This document shows, piece after piece, positions 55,683 through 64,000 of a stretch of 64,000 nucleotides of DNA. The stretch comes from Octopus vulgaris (Eukaryota), in the NCBI GenBank assembly GCA_951406725.2, contig OX597836.1, positions 9,114,001-9,178,000 on the forward strand, written 5' to 3'. Position numbers and translations under genes: made by a program. The notes under the pieces were generated by a model, which made no database searches, had not been told where the DNA came from, and saw only the letters and a list, made by a program, of their open reading frames with translations. The stretch's first letter is position 1; each line of letters begins with the position of its first letter.

Positions 55683-56287
55683 TACCTATTTCTTTATTAC
55701 CCACAAGGGGCTAAACACAGAAGGGACAAACAAGGACAGACATAGGTATTAAGTCGATTATATCGACCCCAGTGCGTAACTGGTACTTATTTAATCGACC
55801 TCGAAAAGAGGAAAGGCAAAGTCGACCTCGGCGGAATTTGAACTCAGAACGTAAAGATAGGTGAAATACCTATTTCTTTATTACCCACAAGGGGCTAAAC
55901 ACAGAGAGGACAAACAAGGACAGATAAACGGATTAAGTCGATTACATCGACCTCAGTGCGTAACTGGTACTTATTTAATCGACCCTGAACGGATGAAAGG
56001 CAAAATAGATCTCGGCGGAATTTTAACTCAGAACGTAGCGGCAGACGAAATACCTATTTCTTTACTACCCACAAGGGGGCTAAACACGGAGGAGACAAAC
56101 AAGGACAGACATAGGTATTAAGTCGATTACATCGACCCCAGTGCGTAACTGGTACTTATTTAATCGACCTCGAAAAGAGGAAAGGCAAAGTCAACCTCGG
56201 CGGAATTTGAACTCAGAACGTAACGGCAGACGAAATACGGCTACGCATTTCGCCCGGCGTGCTAACGTTTCTGCCAGCTCGCCGCCT
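55683..56287 (-). mobile_element. SINE family A trimer, head-to-head with another copy at 56319-56470
   Basis: One head, three units, flanking repeat ATATTTTATA. Confidence 0.9.
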
Positions 56288-56584
56288 TATATTTTATAAA
56301 TATCCTTAACTGTTAAACGGCAGCGAGCTGGCAGAAACGTTAGCACGCCCGGCAAAATGCTTAGTAGTATATCGTTAGGCTTTACGTTCTGAGTTCAAAT
56401 TCCGCCAAGGTCGACGTTGCCTTTCGAAAGTCGATAGAATGAAAGCTAGTGGAGGACCGGGATCGATGTAATATTATTAACTGTTAGGTTTTTGTTATAT
56501 TCATCAATGTAATCTTTGTCCGTATTTATGATGTACCTGGGGTACCCCAAAGAAACCTGAATTTTGCAATATTATTTTATTCAC

Positions 56585-56870
56585 TTGGCTTAGTTGTTAA
56601 GGTATTTGGTTCACGATCGTAAGGTCGCAAGTTCGATTCTTGGCAGCGCGGTATGTCCTTAAGCAAGGCCCCTTATTACACGTTGCTCTACTCAGCTGGC
56701 AAAAGTTAGTAATACTTGTATTATAAAGGGCCAGCCTAATTATATTGTCACGCTGAATCACCCTGAGAACTACGTTAAGGGTTAAGAGTGTCTGTGGAAT
56801 ACTCGGCTACATGCACGTTAATTGCACAACGAGGTTGTTCCGTTGATTGAGTCAATTAGAACACTGGTCA
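56585..56870 (+). mobile_element. SINE: family C head with B-type tail, diverged
   Basis: GAGAACTACGTTAAGGG tail. Confidence 0.7.
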
Positions 56871-57626
56871 TTAAAGACACTAAAATGTACTTGGAGGTTG
56901 GTTTGGCTGCTATTTCAAGGGTGCGAATGACCAGGTTCGAAAAGTGCTCTGGGAAAATCTGAAGTGGTCTCCCTTGCATTTATTTCTTAGTTACCTCCCT
57001 TGCGTAATCTTGTTATTTCCCTTGAAACGTTTTAGAGGCGTGAAGAATTATTTTCTTACTTGCTTCAGTCATTAGACTACGGCCATGCTGGGGCATCGCT
57101 TTAAAGGGTTTATTCCAACAAATCACACCTTTTACTTTTTTTTTTAGTGTCTTGTACTTATTATATCCATGTCTTTTGCCGAAACACTAAGCTAGGATAA
57201 GATAAACCACCACCACCAGCTGGGAAGGAGGGTTCACCCTTCGTCTGATTGACATCCCGATCAGAGTGTGTGAGGGGGGGGGTTAAGTTTATATTTGTGT
57301 GTGTGTGTGTGTGTGTGTTTGTGTTTTGCAGCCTTACCTGAGGCATTGCCTTGAAGGATTTGGTCCCCTTAGTTCTTAACCCTTTTTCACTTACGGACAC
57401 CTTTGACCCTTAATTTTAGGCTCCGAGATCCCCCACGGCCATTTGACGCTAAAACAAAACCTATAATATTTTTATTGACAAAATATCTTGGTTATTGTAC
57501 AAGTTTTAAGGCTTGTCCCCTCGCAAACTCAACTCTCCACAACCGGTGTTGGTTTCTTTACGTCCCCATAATTTAGCTGTTGGACAAAAGTGCCGGTAAT
57601 TGAAATACCAGACATGCACAATGATA

Positions 57627-57938
57627 GGCGTGGCTAAGTGGTTAGAGTATCCCACTTACGATCGTGGGTTCGATTCCCGGCGGCGCGTTGCGTCCTTGAG
57701 CAAGACACTTTATTCCACGTTGCTCCAGTCCACTCAGCCGGCAAAAATGAGTAGTACCTGCAATTACAAAGGGCCAACCATGTCATATTTTACCTCAAGC
57801 TGAATCTTCCTAAGGACTACGTTGAGTGTACGCGTGTCTGTGGAATATTCAGCCACCTGCACGTTGATTTCACGAGCAGTCTGTTCCGTTGATCGGATCA
57901 CCTGTAATACTCATCGTCACAACCGACGGAGCGCCAGT
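57627..57938 (+). mobile_element. SINE: family C head with B-type tail
   Basis: CCTTGAGCAAGACACTT core, tail ..AACCGACGGAG. Confidence 0.8.
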
Positions 57939-58082
57939 GTAGAAATATAAACCAATTCTTTGCACATAAATTTTAACAACAAAATCTTATATAAACCCCT
58001 AAGGGCGATATGGACGCTGGTCGAAAACCCCTAATTTAGTCGAACAAATCAACCTCAGTACTTCTTTATGTCTTCGGGGTTT

Positions 58083-58118
<36 letters not shown>

Positions 58119-58139
58119 TCCCTATATCCGGCACTACAG

Positions 58140-58533
58140 TTCTTTTATTCTTTTATTTGTTTCAGTCATTTGACTGCGGCCATGCTGGAGCACCGCCTTC
58201 AGTCGAGCAAATCGACCCCAGAACTTATTCTTTGTAAACCTAGTACTTATTCTATCGGTCTCTTTTGCCGAACCGCTAAGTTACGGAGACGTAAACACAC
58301 AACCATCGGGGACAAACATAGATAAACAAACATAAACACACACGTACATATATATATATATACATATACACGACGGGCTTCTTTCAGTTTCCGTCTACCA
58401 AATCAACTCATAAGGCTTTGGTTGGCCTGAGGCTATAGTAGAAGACACTTGCCCAAGGTGCCACGCAGTGGGAATGAACCCGGAACCATGTGGGTGGTTA
58501 GCAAGCTACTCACCACACAGCCACTCCTACGCC
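58140..58533 (-). mobile_element. SINE family D
   Basis: Matches 61774-62171. Confidence 0.88.
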
Positions 58534-59138
58534 TATGCCACTAAAAAAAAAAAAATTCTGTAGAAAATTTGAGTAATTTCCCTTCACAAATGAATGGTTT
58601 CCCCTCGATTCCCAGGAAACATCAATTAAGAAATGGCGCGATGTTTGAATCTGGTTAAACAAGTCACCAACAAATCTACCTACCTTTCGCCTTTCCTTAA
58701 ATCGCTACCAGAATGTCCGTGGCAATCAACAGTCAACTGTCATCAGTTTATATTGTTGGAGTATTACTTCATCGCAATCCCCAGATGTAACAACAGATTA
58801 TCATCTCAGCCAAAGCGAATGCCTGCCTCTGTTCACTAAAATAAGTTGATTATCTCCCCTTCATCAACATTTGCCAATCTTTCGGGTACAACTGCTGCGT
58901 TTTCTATTTTCAACTGTAATTGTGTTATATGTAACAATACAATGTAACATATTTCATAAACACACACACATACATATATATATGTATATGTACGTTTGTA
59001 TGTATATATATATATATATATTTGTAAAAAATGAAGTTCGAAAATGCTGCTATATTATACAATTTTTAATTTTTATATATACATTATAACATGTTTCAGT
59101 TCCTGAAATGAACCTTATCAAAAAAAGTTATATATAAA

Positions 59139-59190
<52 letters not shown>

Positions 59191-59292
59191 GGAGTAAACA
59201 CATAAATGTGAAACAAGGTGGAAAAAAGAGTACTCAAATACCAGTGGTAGAGTAATATGCTTTATTTAAAGCAGCAGAAAATTCAACAAAAT

Positions 59293-59330
59293 CTGTTACT
59301 CTGAGTTTCTCGTTGCCGTTCATCAGACAG
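59293..59330 (-). ncRNA. Minimal type I hammerhead ribozyme, mirror copy
   Basis: Exact reverse complement of 59366-59403. Confidence 0.78.
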
Positions 59331-59365
59331 TTTTTGCTAGAATCAGACAGTTTTTCTAGCAAAAA

Positions 59366-59403
59366 CTGTCTGATGAACGGCAACGAGAAACTCAGAGTAA
59401 CAG
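59366..59403 (+). ncRNA. Minimal type I hammerhead ribozyme
   Basis: CTGT-CTGATGA-aCGgcaaCGa-GAAA-CTCAGAG-TA^ACAG. Confidence 0.78.
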
Positions 59404-59435
59404 ATTTTGTTGAATTTTCTGCTGCTTTAAATAAA

Positions 59436-59469
<34 letters not shown>

Positions 59470-59473
59470 TCTT

Positions 59474-59686
59474 TTGTGTCTGGGGAGAGTCATTTTCTTT
59501 TTGTGCCTTATTATTTAACACACTCACCTGTAAAATTTCCACTTATTTCTTATTTTATTTTCTTGAAAAGGTTGCAAGATGCAACGAAAATTTTAGGAGA
59601 ATAAAAATATGAAATAAGTGGAAATTTTCCCGGTTAGCGTGTTAAATTATAAGGCACAAAAAGAAAATGGCTCTCCCCAGACACAA
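59474..59686. repeat. ~85-bp-arm inverted repeat with an HHR-like centre (U3:A8)
   Basis: TGTGTCTGGGGAGAG.. / ..CTCTCCCCAGACACA. Centre TTGAAAA-g-GTTGCA-aga-TGCAAC-GAAAATTTT. Confidence 0.75.
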
Positions 59687-60077
59687 CAGAATATGCTTCA
59701 ACACACGAACTCATATAAAGAATCTTGCAAACCAAATCCAAAAACGAAATATATATTGCAAATAAGAAAATGGAGGAGAACAATAGTTGGTTCATCAACT
59801 TTAGGACATTAAAAATGTTAACTTATTTATTTATTTATTAAACTGATAATTATAACATACATACATATCGCATATTATTCTATACATATAAAATAAGGAT
59901 ACAAGTAATTATTAAAAAACATGAATATAAATTAATAAAAAACACTTGTGTATTAATAGTTGGGTATTCTACCAACACTATATTGGATTGATATTATCCC
60001 TTGGTGGGTTGGACTCACAACCCCTAACTTTCTTGGAGTTATATATATATATTCATATATATAATCTTCTACACTCG

Positions 60078-60230
60078 CGGAGTGGTTGGCGTTAGGAAGG
60101 GCATCCAGCTGTAGAAACACTGCTAGATCAGACTGGAGCCTGGTGCAGCTCCTGGCTTCCCAGACCCTGGTCGAACCGTCCAACCCGTGCTAGCACGGAA
60201 AACAGACATTAAACGATGATGATGATGATA
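60078..60230 (+). mobile_element. SINE/LINE 3' tail ending in (GAT)n
   Basis: AGGAAGGGCATCCAGCTGTAGAAAC..TTAAACGATGATGATGAT. Confidence 0.6.
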
Positions 60231-60900
60231 TATAATCATATCAAAGGAAAATGGAGATTAATAGAAATTTTCCTTTCCAGTGGCCTAACGTGTAAAAATT
60301 TAGTCCAAAGACTATGTATTAGTCATAAAATACAGTGTACTTTTAAACACATAAGGAATTCACTCATAGGATTCAACAGTTTCCATCTACCAAATCCACT
60401 CACAAGGCTTTGGTCGACCCGAGGCTATAGTAGAAGACACTTGCCCAAGGTACCACGCAGTGGGACTGAACCCAGAACCATGTGGTTGCGAAAAACAAGC
60501 GTCTTATCACACAGCCACTCCTGCACCTAGTCATGCTTCCTACAGTTTCCATCAATCAAATTCACTCAGTAGACATAGTTTGGCCTGAGACTATACCAGA
60601 AGGCACTTATCAAAGGTGCCGTATGATAAATTTGAACCTGAAACCACCTGCTTGTGAAGCACAACCACGCAGCCAAGCCTGGATGTCAAGAAATTGGCCT
60701 AGAAAAGAAAAGTTTTTCTCAGATTGTTAAAACTGTCAACCAAAACTGTTATGGCTGAATAACTCTGGTATTAAAAAAAACTCAGCAACAAATGAGATGA
60801 GATTGATCGTTATAATATTTATATTCTTCCTTGTGAGGGTAAAATATTAATTGGCATAACAAAATAATTTTCTCTTCGATAATTACAAAAAATGACTTCA

Positions 60901-60988
<88 letters not shown>

Positions 60989-61022
60989 CATGAAGCAAAA
61001 GTCTGTCTTTCATTCATTTTAA

Positions 61023-61395
61023 ATAATAATAATGAAGTTATTGTATACAGTGCTCAGGTGCACCACAACTTGTCAGAAAGTGCGTATAGAGTGTGTGCAG
61101 TAATGTACAAATGTCTGGAAAGCGAACAATGCATGAGTCAGATACATGCTTGCGTGTGTATGGAGGGGAGAAAATCAGGTGTAGTGTTGGCGAATCTCAG
61201 GAAGCATGGAAGTTTTGAAGGATGCAGTGCTCCGACAACTAACAACTGATGCCAGCAGTTTGTTCCATGCTTCAGCAATTCTCAGTGTGAAAAAATGTTT
61301 CCTGAAGTCATGGGAGCTGTGCTGTTTTCTGACTTTGTAAATATGTCCACGGGTGTTAGACGGGTGGAGTTTGAAAAGGTGCTCAGAGTTATTGT
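61023..61395 (-). mobile_element. CR1-group LINE 3' end
   Basis: SNTRGHIYKVRKQHSSHDFRKHFFTLRIAEAWNKL..FKTSM, with an (ATT)n tail. Confidence 0.8.
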
Positions 61396-61605
61396 TTTCT
61401 TTTACTTGCTTCAGTCATTGGACTGCAGCCATTCAAGAACACCAAATTGAAGGCTTAGTTGAAGAAATCAACCCTATTGCTTTTTTATTTATTAATTTTT
61501 TATTTCCGTTCTTAGTTTAGAGTAGCAAGGCTGTTCACACACATGTATCATACAGTCTGTGTGTGAAATGTATGTATATGTATATATATGTGTGTATGTA
61601 TATGT

Positions 61606-61647
<42 letters not shown>

Positions 61648-61773
61648 TATTTTTTTTATATATATCTATATATATTCACACACACACATACACAAATACA
61701 CATGCACATACATAGATGTATATACATATATATATACACACACACATACACGCATATATATGTATATGTATAC

Positions 61774-61972
61774 TCTTTACTCTTTTACTTGTTTCAGTCA
61801 TGTGACTGTGGCCATGCTGGAGCACCACCTTTGATCGAACAAATCGACCCCAGGACTTATTTATCGTAAGCCTAGTACTTATTCTATCGGCCCCTTTTGC
61901 CAAGCCGCTACATTGCGGGGACGTAAACACACCAGCATCGGTTGTCAAGCGATGTTGGGGCAACAAACACAG

Positions 61973-62010
<38 letters not shown>

Positions 62011-62171
62011 CGGGCTTCTTTCAGTTTCCGTCTACCAAATCCACTCACAAGGCTTTGGTCGGCCCGAGGCTATAGGAGAAGACACTTGCCCAAGCTGCCA
62101 TGCAGTGGGAATGAACTCGGAACCATGTGGTTCGTAAGCAAGCTACTTTCCACACAGCCACTCCTACGCCT
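61774..62171 (-). mobile_element. SINE family D, full length
   Basis: Head, internal (AT)n, tail. Confidence 0.9.
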
Positions 62172-62770
62172 ATATATATCTACATCTATCTATCTATCTA
62201 TACATATATATATATATATATACACACACACATATATATACATATATAGATATATAATTCAGGTAATATTACATTGGGTGGTGCAAGGTAATTGGTACAT
62301 ACAAATAATGCTGAGGTTGTTTTGCTGCCTAAGACTCGCTCTCATAGTGCAGCTAAAAGCAGGAATGTAATAACTACCTAATGATAATCAGCTATAGGTG
62401 TTTCTTCCATTGAGCAGGTGCAGGTATATGCACAATAGGATGAATGCAGAACCAAATAAAACAACTGGTATTAGGTTAGATTAAGACATTTATATATTTA
62501 ACCTTTTAGCATTAAACCAGCCGTACCCAGCCCAACTATGTCTGTTGTTTTTGGTTCAAAGTGGCCAGGCCTAGCCTACTCTACAAAGCCATTCTAAAAA
62601 CAGACAATAGCATCATTGAAATCTCAAAGCTATGAGACAATACAGGATTAATTCAAAACAATGTGAATAGATAAGCTTTACACTCGGAAGAGTAATTTGA
62701 AGACTTGAAAGTTAAACATGAAGGTTGGCTTGTTACATTATTAAATATCATAAGCAGGGAGGAAAGAAGT

Positions 62771-62846
62771 ACAGCTGTTTCGAGAATTGATGTTCAGATA
62801 ACACAGGGAGATGCACCATCTGAACAGCTATTCTCGAAACAGCTGT
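62771..62846. repeat. 29-bp-arm hairpin with HHR 3' halves (GAAA-CAGCTG-TH) on both strands
   Basis: ACAGCTGTTTCGAGAATTGATGTTCAGAT / ATCTGAACAGCTATTCTCGAAACAGCTGT. Confidence 0.65.
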
Positions 62847-62916
62847 CAAAGACTCTGCATGCCTTCCTATTTTCTTAGTAGATACATTAATACACAAAAA
62901 AACACACATATCTATT

Positions 62917-62957
<41 letters not shown>

Positions 62958-63326
62958 ACAAACTTATAGGGATTCAGCAAAATAATGTAAATACCACTTT
63001 TTATTCAATTATTTATTCCTATTGACAATATGACAAATTCAAATGTTCTATTTATATGTGTTTGTATCCATTATATTGTATATACCTTGTATTTCTTGAT
63101 GCAGCTCACTATTATTCTACTTATTATACAACATTACTCTTTTTTGTACACTTTTTTATGTACATTCCTTTATGTACACTGATTTGTTCTGCTTTTTTAT
63201 GTTTAACCCTACAGTCTCTTATGTGGTGGTTTAATAAAGTATGTGATTGAGTATTATCTGGTAATTGATATTTGATTTAGATGTATTTCTCCATTTTCTT
63301 ATCTTGTATATATATATATAATATAT

Positions 63327-63395
<69 letters not shown>

Positions 63396-63398
<3 letters not shown>

Positions 63399-63632
63399 CC
63401 ACGTGTGTATCATTGGTGATTTTCTTTCTTCATTTTCCCTTGAATTGAATTATTGAATTGAATTCCTTGGACCTTTCCCTTTTCTATGTTTCTGACGAAG
63501 AGCTCCACTCTAAATGTTAAATCCTCCTTCTTTCTTTCCTTTCCTGAGCGTAGCATCCAATAACTCTATATTTGTTCCACATCCTCGCGCTGTTGTGTTT
63601 TCTCTTTGTGTTTTCATATTTGGATTAACTAT
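63396..63632 (+). mobile_element. HHR-bearing element, homologue of 371-575, between (AT)n tracts
   Basis: CTGACGA-A-GAGCTCCACTC-TAAA-TG-TT-AAA (G12 mutated). Flanks match the reverse complement of 371-575. Confidence 0.65.
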
Positions 63633-64000
63633 ATATAGGCACAGGAGTGGCTGTGTGGTAAGTAGCTTGCTTACCAACCATATGGTTCTGGGTTCAGTCT
63701 TACTGCATGGCACCTTGGGCAAGTGTCTTCTACTATAGCCTCGGTACTTAATTTATCGACCCCGAAAGGATGACGGGCAAAGTTGACCTCGGCGGAATTT
63801 GAACTCAGAATGTAATAGCTGAGGAAATACCGCTAAGCATTTTGCCTGGCATGCTAACGTTTCTGCCAGGTTGCCACCTTAAAAGACAACTTATTTTATC
63901 AACCCTGAAAGGATGAAAGGCAAAGTCAACCTCAGTGGAATTTGAACTCAGAATATATATATATGTCGAACAGCTACTGTCGTGTATAGGACGGATCCGG

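Larger units (their letters stand above)
59260..59436. repeat. Perfect ~83-bp-arm palindrome in an element (59188-59436) inserted in (AT)n
   Basis: 59260-59342 is the exact reverse complement of 59354-59436. Confidence 0.95.

Noticed and set aside
58684-58835. Possible minus-strand exon with good splice signals
   Set aside because: All three frames contain stops and nothing else supports it.

Overview
Eukaryotic, AT-rich, very repeat-dense intronic or intergenic DNA. The SINE families and (AT)n/(ATAC)n/(GATA)n load suggest a cephalopod, probably Octopus (inference from recalled repeat families, not a database result). No intact host protein-coding gene is visible, and almost all ORFs in the supplied track are microsatellite artefacts. 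The window holds tRNA-derived SINEs of at least four families, decayed LINE 3' ends (RTE, CR1, L1/Tx1, R4/Dong-like), two non-autonomous Helitrons, mariner and hAT MITEs, and two decayed Penelope-like-element (PLE) GIY-YIG endonuclease fragments missed by the ORF track. The main signal is a set of about a dozen short non-coding elements from several unrelated families, usually next to (AT)n tracts. Each carries a type I hammerhead ribozyme (HHR) fold, often inside a long inverted repeat or a partial tandem repeat. Several show unusual core variants (G3:C8 swap, U3:A8, U4C, A6U, an extra base before stem II). This fits a diverse retrozyme / PLE-pseudo-LTR system. Coordinates were read by eye: HHR and MITE ends should be within a few bases, SINE and LINE ends are approximate.
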